This document shows, in pieces, positions 30,626 to 41,154 of a DNA stretch of 57,762 bases. Source of the stretch: an uncultured Christensenella sp. (lineage in GTDB: Bacteria; Bacillota; Clostridia; Christensenellales; UBA1242); the NCBI GenBank assembly GCA_910584815.1, contig CAJUBT010000008.1, positions 1 to 57,762 on the forward strand, read 5' to 3'. A program made the position numbers and the translations under genes. Below the pieces are notes generated by a model, which was not told the DNA's origin, made no database searches, and saw only the letters and a list, made by a program, of their open reading frames with translations. Numbering within the stretch: position 1 is the first letter of the stretch; each line of letters starts with the position of its first letter.

Positions 30626-31720
30626 TTATTTATCTAAAACGGCATCAATTTCTGTTGTGCCAGCAGGCTGTAGGTTAGGGGCAACGCTTGCTTGTGCTGG
30701 GCTTGTAGCTTCTACAGCTTGACTTTCTGTTCCACCTTGAAAATTATCAAAGAAGATTTGTGCTTCTTCTTGTGAAACTAAACCTTGTTCAACTTTGTAT
30801 TGCATAAAACGAAGTTTAAGTTCATCTATATGTGTTTGCATTTCTTCGTTGTTAGCAGGGCTTGCTTCTGCTTCAGCAATTCGTTCATCAAGAGTTTTTG
30901 CAACTTTAAGGGCTTCTTCTGCTCTTGTTCTTTCAACAGCATCTTGTGCGGAAACAAAACCAAAATAGTTATCTTCGTGAGAAACATTTTCACAATCGCT
31001 AAGTGCATCAAGAGTGTCATCTGCAGATTGAGGATTAATTTTAGAGTAAACTAAGGTTGGTCTGTCAACTTGTTTGCTACGTTTAAAAATTTCAATAAAA
31101 TCGTATTTGCCAGAACTTTCAATATAGCCAACGGTTTTTGGCAAACCTTCAATAGCTGTATCGTGGTCTTGCTGTCTAACATATCTGCAGAAACCTAAAC
31201 TTTCAATTTGACCTTCGCACCTTTCAATTTGAGACATTTTACTTTCAAGATAAGGCACTGCAAAAGCCCTAACGCCAACGGTGTAGCCAGCTTCTTTAAA
31301 TTTTGTCATAGCATCATCAGCAATTCTGTTATTCTTTAAAGTTTGGTGAAGAATAATGTTGTATTTATTATCTTTAAAATAATTAATAACATCAGATGTA
31401 ATTTCTAAGCCAATTTGGTCTGTTGCTGCGGTGTAAAGGTCTGGGTATAGGGCTTTAATTTCATCTGCTTGTGGGTGAAAGCCTCTAAAAAAATCATTAT
31501 CAATTTGAATAAACTCTCTTCTAGTGGACATTCCAAAAGTATAGTTTATAAGTGCTGTTTTGCCAGCTCCAGATTGCCCACCAACAACAACTGCAAGTGG
31601 TTTTCTAGATGGAACTATATCTTTAGCTATTGCTCTTATAATTGTTTCCTTTATGCCTTGAAGTTGTTCTTCAGGAAGGCGATACATTTTCATAACTTCT
31701 TTTTCTGTAATGTTAGCCAT
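30626..31720 (-). CDS. Zeta-toxin family kinase (PezT-like) with ~110-aa C-terminal extension
   Basis: 364 aa with Walker A VVGGQSGAGKT. The start overlaps the upstream small ORF by 8 nt (ATGGCTAA). Visibly more G+C than its neighbours. Confidence 0.8.
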   Translation of the reverse strand: MANITEKEVMKMYRLPEEQLQGIKETIIRAIAKDIVPSRKPLAVVVGGQSGAGKTALINYTFGMSTRREFIQIDNDFFRGFHPQADEIKALYPDLYTAATDQIGLEITSDVINYFKDNKYNIILHQTLKNNRIADDAMTKFKEAGYTVGVRAFAVPYLESKMSQIERCEGQIESLGFCRYVRQQDHDTAIEGLPKTVGYIESSGKYDFIEIFKRSKQVDRPTLVYSKINPQSADDTLDALSDCENVSHEDNYFGFVSAQDAVERTRAEEALKVAKTLDERIAEAEASPANNEEMQTHIDELKLRFMQYKVEQGLVSQEEAQIFFDNFQGGTESQAVEATSPAQASVAPNLQPAGTTEIDAVLDK

Positions 31721-31922
31721 TCACTTCACCCCTTTTAAGCATTGGTCCATAAACATTAATAATTTTGTCTATAACCTTAAAATTAAATTTGTTCATTTCA
31801 TTTTCATCATCTAACAATTTCATTAATGCCTTATTTTCTTTGCTGTAACCATTTTTGCAATGTTTAGCTATCATAGCATTCATAATCTCTCTTGCAACTT
31901 CAATTTTTGTATTATCGTTCAA
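31713..31922 (-). CDS. Putative cognate antitoxin (epsilon/PezA-position small protein)
   Basis: 69 aa with TTG start 7 nt after AAGGGGGA. Called on position and overlap with the zeta toxin gene, not on recognisable sequence. Confidence 0.5.
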   Translation of the reverse strand: MNDNTKIEVAREIMNAMIAKHCKNGYSKENKALMKLLDDENEMNKFNFKVIDKIINVYGPMLKRGEVNG

Positions 31923-32153
31923 AATTTTTCCCCCTTACTAAAATTTATTTTTGTTAGTATACCACAATCATTTTTTAGTTGCAATTTTTATTTAATTAAA
32001 TTGTTTTGCTTATTTGCTAGTGTAACAACTGCAACACTTTCAAGCATAAATTATATACTATTTAAAGTTTAATATATATTTATGTTTTTGTAAATAGTAA
32101 TTTTTTATTTACTTACCATAATATATTACACACAAAAAATATTAATTTACAAT

Positions 32154-32702
32154 TTACAAAAATCTAGAAACTTTTGGCATTGTAAATTTTTTTGTGTCTA
32201 TATGTTCTATTTCAAGCAAATGCAATTTATTATGTAAGCCTCCACCATAGCCCGTTAAACTGCCATTACTTCCAACAACTCTATGGCAGGGTATAATTAT
32301 GCATATTGGGTTGCTGCCCACTGCACCTCCAACTGCCTGGCAAGACATTCTTTTTATGTTGTGTTTAATAGCAATGCTTTTTGCAAGGTCATTATAGGTT
32401 ATAACTTGTCCAAAAGGAATTTTTAACATTTCATTAATAACCTCTTGTCTAAATGGGGTAATGTTATTTATTTTAAATTTTGGTGTAAAATTAGGGTTGT
32501 TTCCACTAAAATAAATATCCAGCCATTTTTTTGTTATTTTAAAAATTTCTAAATTATCATTTAAATTCTCCTCATTGTTATTGAATTTAAAGGTGGGCTT
32601 GTTTTTATAAAAATCTTCAAAATATAATCCAGTTAAATTTTCTCCATCGCTATTTAAAATTATATTTCCTATTGGAGAAGAGTAAATGCATTTATATTCC
32701 AT
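32154..32702 (-). CDS. ogt: Methylated-DNA--protein-cysteine methyltransferase
   Basis: 182 aa with active-site IPCHRVV and GGG..K..LL tail. AAGGAA RBS. Confidence 0.88.
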   Translation of the reverse strand: MEYKCIYSSPIGNIILNSDGENLTGLYFEDFYKNKPTFKFNNNEENLNDNLEIFKITKKWLDIYFSGNNPNFTPKFKINNITPFRQEVINEMLKIPFGQVITYNDLAKSIAIKHNIKRMSCQAVGGAVGSNPICIIIPCHRVVGSNGSLTGYGGGLHNKLHLLEIEHIDTKKFTMPKVSRFL

Positions 32703-33007
32703 ATTTAAACATTCCTTTTGAATTCTGTTTTTTATATTTTAACATAAATTTAAAACCTATTAAAAGCATTAAAAATAGTTTTTAAATTTTGGGTTATTAT
32801 GTTAAAATAACACTATATTTGGCAAATAAATTTTGTATGATAAATTTAAAATTATAAACATAAAATAGTTGCCATTCTGCTATAAATATTTTTATAAGAT
32901 AATTACTAATTTAAAATTTTTAAACTTAATTTTAAAAATTAATTTTTAGATTTTAAATAAATTATAAAACTAGAAAAAACAAATAAATTAAGGGGGAGAA
33001 TTTACAA

Positions 33008-34564
33008 ATGAAAATTGCTCTTACTGGTGCAACTGGAAATATGGGCAGGGAAGCTTTGCTTGAATTAAGTAAATTACAGAATATAGACAAAATTAAAATT
33101 CTTGTTTCACCAACCAGTGCTAAAAAAGCCGAAATGGTTATAAATAGATGTGGGAAAAATAAAAACAAAATTGAAATTGTTTTTGGAAATATAACAAGCC
33201 TAACTAGCTGCAAGGAACTTGTTAAGGATGTTTCTTATTGCATCCATTTAGCTGCAGTTATTCCGCCAAGGGCAGATAAACACCCAGAACTTGCTGTAAG
33301 TTGTAACGAAAATGGAACTAAAAATTTAATTATAGCCATAGAAGAATGTAATCCTCAACCAAAATTTATTCACACTTCCACAGTTGCTTTATATGGTAAT
33401 AGAAACTATAAATGTGCTTTCGCAAACACTGGAGACCCCCTTCTTGTTAGCCCTTTAGATGTTTATTCGGTAACTAAATTGCGTGCTGAATTTGCTGTGC
33501 TTGAAAGTAACTTGCAAAATTGGGTTATTTTAAGACAATCCGCAATGCTACACACAAATATGTTAAAAGATAATATGAACGATGGGCTTATGTTCCATAC
33601 CTGTTTTAATTCTCCACTTGAATGGGTAACAGCACACGATAGTGGAGTGCTTATTGCCAATATTATAGATAAAGATAGCAAAGAAGATTTATCTAAATGC
33701 TTTTGGAAGAAGATATTTAACATAGGCGCAAATGGTAGAAATCAAATTACAGGCTACTGCACTTTAAACGATGGTTTTAAAATAATTGGTGGCACAACCA
33801 AAAACTTTTTTAAGCCTTATTATAATGCAACCCGTAATTTTCACGGTGTGTGGTTTTATGATGGAAGCGAACTTGACAATTTGTTTCACTATGTAAGCCA
33901 GGATGTTAAAGATTATTGGAAACAAACTTCTAAAAAATTTTGGTATTATAAATTTGGTAAAATTATTCCTAAAAAACTAATATCAAAATTCGCTATTCAA
34001 AAATTATTCAAAGATGATAATTCCCCAGCTTATTGGTATAGCCAAAACGACATCCCTAAACTTACAGCTTTTTTTGGTGGAAAAGAAAATTATGAAAATT
34101 TACCAAAAGATTGGAATAACTTTAATTTGCTTGCTGAGAATAAAACCCCAGAGGGTAAAACTATAGATTTTAGTAAATTAACCAATAAGAAAAATGCAAA
34201 TCTAATAGATTATGGTTTTGATTATTTTAAGCAGGATAGTGAAATAACAAAGCAAGATTTAGAAAATGTTGCAAAAATGCACGGTGGTAAACTTTTAACA
34301 AAAACTTTTAAAACTGGAGATGTTTATGCAACTGTTTCTTGGCAGGATCAAGATGGTAACGAGTTTTCAGCAAAGCCCTTTACTGTTTTAAGGGCAGGGC
34401 ATTGGCTAAACCCTTGTTACACATCATTCAGTTGGGAATTTGATAGATTAAGTAAAACCGATAAAATATATTCACAAATTTGGCACACCTCTCATAATAA
34501 AGATGAAAACTATGTCTATTTTTTAGATAATAACTTTAATGCACAAATAAGGATGGATAAATGA
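33008..34564 (+). CDS. NAD(P)-dependent epimerase/dehydratase-like SDR fused to a ~200-aa C-terminal domain of unknown function
   Basis: 518 aa with GGGGGAG RBS and Rossmann motif LTGATGNMG. ATGA overlap with the next gene. Confidence 0.7.
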   Translation: MKIALTGATGNMGREALLELSKLQNIDKIKILVSPTSAKKAEMVINRCGKNKNKIEIVFGNITSLTSCKELVKDVSYCIHLAAVIPPRADKHPELAVSCNENGTKNLIIAIEECNPQPKFIHTSTVALYGNRNYKCAFANTGDPLLVSPLDVYSVTKLRAEFAVLESNLQNWVILRQSAMLHTNMLKDNMNDGLMFHTCFNSPLEWVTAHDSGVLIANIIDKDSKEDLSKCFWKKIFNIGANGRNQITGYCTLNDGFKIIGGTTKNFFKPYYNATRNFHGVWFYDGSELDNLFHYVSQDVKDYWKQTSKKFWYYKFGKIIPKKLISKFAIQKLFKDDNSPAYWYSQNDIPKLTAFFGGKENYENLPKDWNNFNLLAENKTPEGKTIDFSKLTNKKNANLIDYGFDYFKQDSEITKQDLENVAKMHGGKLLTKTFKTGDVYATVSWQDQDGNEFSAKPFTVLRAGHWLNPCYTSFSWEFDRLSKTDKIYSQIWHTSHNKDENYVYFLDNNFNAQIRMDK

Positions 34565-35565
34565 GAACTTTAATATGTTATTTTTCTGGCACAGGTAACA
34601 CCAAAAAAGTGGTAGATAAATATGTTGAAGAATTTAAAAATAATGGTTGCAATGTAACTGTGCAAGCAGTGGAGAATGAATGTAATGAAGATTTTTCAAG
34701 TTACGATAGCATTGGCATTGCTTACCCAATTCACGCTTTTAATGCACCTTCTATAATAGTAAATTTCTGTAAAAAAATGCCAAAACAGGCAACAAAAAAA
34801 ATGTTATACATAATTAAAACATCGGGTGAACCACTAAAAATTAATAACATTTCTTCCACTAAAATTGTGCGTATTTTACGCAAAAAAAAATATGTGTTAA
34901 ATAATGAATATCATTATGTTATGCCATATAATATGATTTTTAGGCACTCAAACGCAATGGCCTATAAAATGTGGACAACAGCAAGTGCTTTAATTGCAAT
35001 AGATTGCAAGGAAATTATCATCGCTAAAAAAGTTACCTTACCACATTTCCCATTTCCAAGTTTAATTTCTAGAGTTATGCGTATTGAACATTGGGGTGGA
35101 AGGTTTAATGGTAAAAAGTATAAAGTAGATTCTAAGTGTGTTAAGTGTGGCAAGTGCGTTAGAAATTGCCCAACCCATAATATATCAATAGATAAAAATG
35201 GTAACTTTCATTTTGGCAATAAATGTTTAATGTGTATGCGTTGTTCGTTTAGTTGCCCTGTGGATGCTTTTCATATAGGATGGTTTAATAATTGGAAAGT
35301 TAATGGAAGTTATAATTTTAACGATAAAGATAACACTGAGCAAAAATCACACAAGAACTATTGTAAAAATTCCTATAAAAAATATTTTGATAGAAGCGAA
35401 AATAAAATAAGGAAGTATTCACAAATCAACATTCCAGTAAATGTTCTTAACGATAATTCCACAAAAACCGAGGAAATGAACAATTTAGTAAAAAACATAG
35501 ATGGAAGTGAAGCTTCAATTAATTTAAAAAACATAAATTTGCAACAAGAAAAAGAACAAAAATAA
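34561..35565 (+). CDS. EFR1-family ferredoxin (flavodoxin-like domain + 2x[4Fe-4S])
   Basis: 334 aa. N-terminal LICYFSGTGNTKKV and two clusters CVKCGKCVRNCP and CLMCMRCSFSCP. Confidence 0.75.
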   Translation: MRTLICYFSGTGNTKKVVDKYVEEFKNNGCNVTVQAVENECNEDFSSYDSIGIAYPIHAFNAPSIIVNFCKKMPKQATKKMLYIIKTSGEPLKINNISSTKIVRILRKKKYVLNNEYHYVMPYNMIFRHSNAMAYKMWTTASALIAIDCKEIIIAKKVTLPHFPFPSLISRVMRIEHWGGRFNGKKYKVDSKCVKCGKCVRNCPTHNISIDKNGNFHFGNKCLMCMRCSFSCPVDAFHIGWFNNWKVNGSYNFNDKDNTEQKSHKNYCKNSYKKYFDRSENKIRKYSQINIPVNVLNDNSTKTEEMNNLVKNIDGSEASINLKNINLQQEKEQK

Positions 35566-35952
35566 AAATTAAGTTTTTAATTTTATGGCTTAGTTAACAA
35601 TTAAATTTAAAAATTGTTAAATGTCCTATATCGCTTATTTTTTGCAAAGCTTAATTATAAATGTTGTTTGTTAATTTAATGTTAGTACATAAAAAATTTA
35701 AATTTAAAAAGTGTTTTATAAAATTAAATTTTATAAAAGTTTACCTTTGTGCAAAATTTTTAAAGATGTTATAACTATCTTTTTTAATAGTTAATTAAAT
35801 TATTTTAATTATAAAAATTTAGATACTTATTTTATTGTTTACTATATAAAAATTTTAAGGTAAAACAAAAAATAAAATTTATAAAAAAAATTAAAGCTTT
35901 TCTAATTTTTATTATGTGCTAAAAAGCTTAATTAATAAAAGGAAAAAAGAAA

Positions 35953-36657
35953 ATGAAAGTTGTTTTTTTTGATTTAGATGGCACCTTAGTTTGCCTAGAT
36001 AAACCAACTTTTACAAAAAGATATATCGATTGTTTATCAAATTATGTTACTAATCACGGCTATGAGAACAGGAAATTAGTTACAACCTTTTTTGATGGCA
36101 ATAATGAAATGAAAAAAAATAATGGACAAAAAACAAATGAAGAAATTTTTTGGAAAGTTTTTGAAAATGCCTATGGTAAAGAATTGCTTAAAGATAAACC
36201 ATTATTTGAAAATTTTTATAATAATAATTTTAACGAAATTAATAGTGGAGATATAAGCAATTCAGATGTTGTTAATCTTGTTAAACACTTAAAAAATAGT
36301 GGATATAAACTTGTTGTAGCATCTAACCCAGTTTTTCCATTAATTGCCCAAAAAAAGAGAATAGAATGGGCAGGGCTTAACCCAGAAGATTTTGATTTTA
36401 TAACCTCTTACGAAACAATGCACTATTCAAAACCTAGTTTGAATTATTACGAAGAAATTACAAAAATTCTTAACATAAAAAAAGAAGATTGTTTAATGGT
36501 AGGCAATGATGTTATAGAAGATATGGCAGCAAAAGAACTGGGAATGAAAGTTTTTTTAGTTACACCTTTTATAGAAAATAAAAATAATGAAGATATTTCA
36601 AAATACCCAAATGGAGATTTTAAAAAATTATTAGAATTTATAAATAATAATTTTTAG
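35953..36657 (+). CDS. HAD-superfamily hydrolase
   Basis: 234 aa with motif I FFDLDGTLV and motif IV GNDVIEDM. Confidence 0.8.
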   Translation: MKVVFFDLDGTLVCLDKPTFTKRYIDCLSNYVTNHGYENRKLVTTFFDGNNEMKKNNGQKTNEEIFWKVFENAYGKELLKDKPLFENFYNNNFNEINSGDISNSDVVNLVKHLKNSGYKLVVASNPVFPLIAQKKRIEWAGLNPEDFDFITSYETMHYSKPSLNYYEEITKILNIKKEDCLMVGNDVIEDMAAKELGMKVFLVTPFIENKNNEDISKYPNGDFKKLLEFINNNF

Positions 36658-36673
36658 TTGCAAAAAAGGCAAA

Positions 36674-37804
36674 ATGCAAATGATAAAGCAAGGTTTAAAA
36701 AATTACTTAATAAGTTTAAAATATTTTTTTGTAACATTGGGTACTATGTTTTTAGGGCTTATATTAGGTGGTTCTATTATTTTTAACAACACAATTTCTG
36801 CTGGTTCAAGTTTAATAGAAGGCATTAAAGGGTTAGTTGAAAATGTTAATTTAGATTTAAACCTTTTAAGTAATAATCTTATTAATTCTATTTTAGAACT
36901 TAATTGGAACGAACCTATTTCTGCATTGCAAACCATTTTTTCAACCGATTGGTTAAATTCAATGCTATGTGATATATTAGGTACAATTTTAGGGTCCGAT
37001 TTTAACACCTTTAATACTCAAATTATGTTGTTAGTAGAATCGTTCACAACCAGTTTAATTAATAGTATAATTGTGTTTTTTATATTATGGTTATTAAGTT
37101 ATATCTTAGGCTTATTTTTAACTAAATTTTTAATAAGAAGAACAATTGTTAAGCGTAGTATTTGGAAATTTATTTTAACCTATATAATTAACGCCATACT
37201 TTCTTTTGCCTTTGCTGTTTTAACCTTTTGGTTATATATGTTATGGAGTTATAGTATTATAATTAGCCTAATAGTGCTTTTATTTGTTTTTGCTATATTC
37301 TTGCTTTTAGAGGCTTATTTAATTTATGGCTATAAAAAGGTAAATTTTGTAACAGTAGTTAATTATAAAAATATAAGAAATTATATTTTAACAAGTGTTA
37401 TAATTCTTTTAATTTCTATTTGTATAACTTTTGTTTTGTTAGCAATAAATGCATTAGTTGCTTTCTTCATCGGCATTGTTTTAGTTCCAATTTCATTAAT
37501 AGTTATAAGTTTAAATGCCGAGTCTTATGTTCAAAGTTTAGTAAAAACTTTAGTTCAAAATATGAGTGCAGAAGAAAATTTGTATGATAATAATAACATC
37601 CAAATAACAAAAAATTTTAACAATAAAAGTTTTATAAAAAATGAAGGTGATAGTACTGACAATATTTCAGAAACCATTAACAAAAATGTTTCTAATAAAA
37701 CAAACTCTAAGTTAGTAAAACCTAAACCTCAAACAAAAATAAATGGCAAAACTAATGGCAAATTAAACCCACTAAATTTAAAAAATAAGGACCCTAAAAA
37801 TTAA
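36674..37804 (+). CDS. Multi-pass membrane protein, unknown function, N/K-rich tail
   Basis: 376-aa ORF with at least 5 hydrophobic segments. No recognisable motif. Confidence 0.6.
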   Translation: MQMIKQGLKNYLISLKYFFVTLGTMFLGLILGGSIIFNNTISAGSSLIEGIKGLVENVNLDLNLLSNNLINSILELNWNEPISALQTIFSTDWLNSMLCDILGTILGSDFNTFNTQIMLLVESFTTSLINSIIVFFILWLLSYILGLFLTKFLIRRTIVKRSIWKFILTYIINAILSFAFAVLTFWLYMLWSYSIIISLIVLLFVFAIFLLLEAYLIYGYKKVNFVTVVNYKNIRNYILTSVIILLISICITFVLLAINALVAFFIGIVLVPISLIVISLNAESYVQSLVKTLVQNMSAEENLYDNNNIQITKNFNNKSFIKNEGDSTDNISETINKNVSNKTNSKLVKPKPQTKINGKTNGKLNPLNLKNKDPKN

Positions 37805-38056
37805 AATTAGAAACATTATATGTAAATTAAAATTAAAAAAATAATAAAGGTTTTATAATATTTAATTAATAAAATTTATTAAGCAATAAGTTAATTTAAG
37901 TTTTCAAAAAATAATAAAAAATTATCAAAATAAAGTTACCATTTATATAGTGGCTTTATTTTTTTAATTGCCACTATTTTAAACTGTCAGAAATATTTTA
38001 TCACATTTTTTTTGTTATATTCATATATAATGCTAAAAGTTAAAGGGGTAGAAAAT

Positions 38057-38515
38057 ATGTTTAATTTTAATAATAGAAATAATAACAATCAAAATGGATA
38101 TAACTCACATAATACTGAGAATATAGATAATAACAATAAACCTTTAGAAAGTAATCAAAATTCTTTTAATGCTAACTCTAGTGGGTTAAGTTTTAACCAA
38201 CGCAACAGCACAAGTTTTAATAATCAAAATTTAAAACCATCAAACAACACAAATAATATTGTTAGTTTTGAGGCGCTACAAAAAGTTAGGCAAGATTTAA
38301 TAGGAGAGTTTGATGCTATTATAGAATATGATAATCATATCCACTCAAGTAATGTTAACATTGCAAAAGAAACTTGGGAAGATATACGAAACGAAGAACT
38401 TGTACATATTGGAGAATTACTTTCTTTAATGTTGTATTTGGCTCCATATCAAAAAGAACTTATTGAAATGGGTGCAAAGGAATTTGAAGAAAGATTAAAA
38501 AATATGCAAAGATAA
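38057..38515 (+). CDS. Encapsulated-ferritin (EncFtn)-like domain protein with N/S-rich N-terminal region
   Basis: Start chosen at the ATG after the AAAGGGG RBS. The C-terminal ~80 aa (GEFDAIIEYDNHI...IRNEELVHIGELLSLMLYLAP) match the E..A...YD...(x)n..EE..H pattern of EncFtn as I remember it. Confidence 0.5.
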   Translation: MFNFNNRNNNNQNGYNSHNTENIDNNNKPLESNQNSFNANSSGLSFNQRNSTSFNNQNLKPSNNTNNIVSFEALQKVRQDLIGEFDAIIEYDNHIHSSNVNIAKETWEDIRNEELVHIGELLSLMLYLAPYQKELIEMGAKEFEERLKNMQR

Positions 38516-38812
38516 TTTTTAAAAGATTTATTTTCTTAGCTATTAATATTCTAGTTTTTTTAAGCTTAAGATAATCAAAAAAAACAATTCTATTTTTAGA
38601 ATTGTTTTTTTTTGATAATGAATGATTGTCGTTTAAATTTATTAAAATTAAAAAGATAGTTTTGTAAAGCATTTATTTATATTTAAATTTATTTTTTGCT
38701 AACATATTTTTTAAAAAATATATTTATAAAATTTTTTTAATTGCAGGTTATAAATAGTTAACCGTATTATAATTTTTTTAATAATTTATGCATAGGTTAA
38801 ATGTTTAATTAG

Positions 38813-39496
38813 TTATCTTGTTGGCATTTTAAAATCTTTTAATGCTTTGTTTAAATAGTCATTCAAAGGTTTCATTGCTTTAAAAACGGCAATTGCTTTT
38901 GTGATCAATGCATTGTCATCGCAAATTTCGTTGTCGGGAAGTAAAAATTCAACATACCAAGATTTATATTTTAAATATTCTGCCTGTGAATGATTTTTAT
39001 CATAACCATTTGGAACATTTTTTAAGGAACTACCTTTAACAACAAAATATTTTTTAAATTCTTCATTATTAATAATTTCTTCCCATTCAGCTGGATTTTT
39101 TGTTATGTAATCTCGAACCATTTTAGTGGCATCTGAAAACATATCAGTAAATAACCCTCCGCCTAAAAAAGAATTACCATCAGGTTTTATCATAATGTAG
39201 TAACCAACAGGAATTGGCAGTTTACCCATAGATGAAATATGTGCCCTAAATGCAGGATTATATGGCGATTTATCATAACTAAACCTTGTATCTCGAACAA
39301 GTTTAAATGTAAGTTCCTTTGGAACATTATGTAAAATACTTTTGTCAAAGGTGCCAATGCCATAAATAAGTTCCTGTAACAATTCTTCAAATATTGCGGT
39401 CGCTTCCTGTCTTTCTTTTTTTGTGGCGGCAAACCATTCTCTATTATTGTTTTGACTTAAGTTGCTAAGATAATTTAACATAAATTTTGTGTTCAT
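38813..39496 (-). CDS. DUF2461 (TIGR02453) family protein
   Basis: 227 aa with AAGGAG RBS, motif RDTRFSYDKSPY and N-terminal NNREWF. Confidence 0.75.
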   Translation of the reverse strand: MNTKFMLNYLSNLSQNNNREWFAATKKERQEATAIFEELLQELIYGIGTFDKSILHNVPKELTFKLVRDTRFSYDKSPYNPAFRAHISSMGKLPIPVGYYIMIKPDGNSFLGGGLFTDMFSDATKMVRDYITKNPAEWEEIINNEEFKKYFVVKGSSLKNVPNGYDKNHSQAEYLKYKSWYVEFLLPDNEICDDNALITKAIAVFKAMKPLNDYLNKALKDFKMPTR

Positions 39497-39557
39497 TTTA
39501 AATTCTCCTTTATTAATTAATTATTTAATATTTTGTAATTATTTAAAAACTTTTTAC

Positions 39558-40106
39558 TTAAATTTTAATAAAGGCATTATAGCCTTTTTTTATAAATTCT
39601 GCTATTTCTTCATCGGCAATGTTAGCCCCTCCTGTTGCCATCATAGTTGCAACACCGTGTGTAAACACAATTAGCATTATATAAACTTCTTTAATTTTTT
39701 CTTGTGAAAGCGAAAGTTTTTCTGCAAGTTCTATGGTCGCTTGCTTATCGCCAATCCATTCATATATGTCGTTAAAACTGTTTAAACCATTTAGTTTTTG
39801 TAAAAACAATAATTTAAATAAATTTGTTTCATATTTAGCAAATGCAACATTGGCATTAGCCATACTTTCTAAAACATCGCCACTACCAATTCGAGAATAT
39901 ATAAATTTATTATAAAACTTCATTGCCTCTTCATAAATTGCTTGTTTTAGCGTTTCCATATTATAAAAATAACTATATATTGGTTGAACAGAGAAACCCA
40001 TTTTAGTTGCAACACTTCTGGCATTAACGGCTTCAAATCCAATATCTCTAACCATTTGTAATGCAACTTTTAAAATTTCTTCCTTATTCACAATTTGCTT
40101 TGGCAT
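39558..40106 (-). CDS. TetR-family transcriptional regulator
   Basis: N-terminal HTH (ALQMVRDIGFEAVNARSVATKMGFSVQPIYSYF). Start taken at MPKQ (AAGGAA RBS), not at the longer ORF start 40142. Confidence 0.8.
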   Translation of the reverse strand: MPKQIVNKEEILKVALQMVRDIGFEAVNARSVATKMGFSVQPIYSYFYNMETLKQAIYEEAMKFYNKFIYSRIGSGDVLESMANANVAFAKYETNLFKLLFLQKLNGLNSFNDIYEWIGDKQATIELAEKLSLSQEKIKEVYIMLIVFTHGVATMMATGGANIADEEIAEFIKKGYNAFIKI

Positions 40107-40518
40107 ATTTAATTCCTTATTATTACATATGTTATATAACAAGCGTTATTTTACAAACATTATTATAAAAAGTCAACATTTTCTTATATAAAAATAAAAT
40201 TAAACTTTTTATAATTAAAGTTTAATAGAGCTAGGCTTCATTTGTTTGACTATAGAATTTTAAACATTAAGTTTACTATAAAACCATTTTACTTTCATTT
40301 AAAAAGTTTAGGGTAGCAGTAAATTAGTATTTTTTAAATTTTAAAAATATAACAAAGATTGGCTAAAATTTAATTTCTTATTTTGTTTTTTATTTTTACT
40401 TTTTAAAAATCATAAATGGTTTAAAGTTTAATATTATTATAAAAAAAATTACATTAAAAATTAAGTTTATAAAAATAAAACGAACCAGTATTTTTAAACA
40501 GGTTCGCTTTATTTTTTA

Positions 40519-40595
40519 TGGTGCACCCTAAGGAGTTCGAATCCCTAACCTTTGGTTCCGTAGACCAACGCTCTATCCAGTTGAGCTAAGGGTGC
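40519..40595 (-). tRNA. tRNA-Arg (anticodon ACG), CCA encoded
   Basis: Reverse complement folds as acceptor GCACCCT/AGGGTGC and anticodon arm TTGGT-CTACGGA-ACCAA, with T loop TTCGAAC-like and 3' CCA. Followed (leftwards) by a GCGAACC/GGTTCG hairpin plus T run. Confidence 0.88.
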
Positions 40596-41154
40596 ATAAA
40601 TAATATTTTTATCAAACTATTGGTTATTGTAATAAAAATAATATAAGAACTTAAAGTAAAGATTTATGTTTTAGTAGTATTATTAATTAAAATTTTTTAA
40701 TGTAATAAAATTTTAAAGGAAATATATCTATAAATTATTATATAGCATAAATTAAGTTATTGCAAATTTTTATTTAGTATATTAATAATTTTAATTAAAT
40801 AACAAACCATAATATAGAAATTTGTTTATAGTTATAAGTTAGGTTAATAGGGAATAATAAAAATAATTGTCTTTAAATTTACAACTAAATTTGTTATAAT
40901 ATATTTATATATCTATTATATAAAACAAAAATTAATAATTCTATTTAAACTCAACCAGTTTATTTTATCATTAAAGTTTTAATAAATCAAGTATCTTTAT
41001 TTATTTTTCTTTGTTCTAAGTTAAAATTGTTATAGGTTGCACAAAAATATATAAAAAACAATAAAAAAATTAAGTTTGCACTTGAATTATTTTATAAAAG
41101 GTGTAGAATAAATACAATTACCAGAGTTTTTTAATAAAAAGGTGGTGTATAAAT

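Noticed and set aside
38012-38056. Longer start (TTG at 38012) for the EncFtn-like ORF
   Set aside because: It has no RBS. The ATG at 38057 follows AAAGGGG at good spacing.
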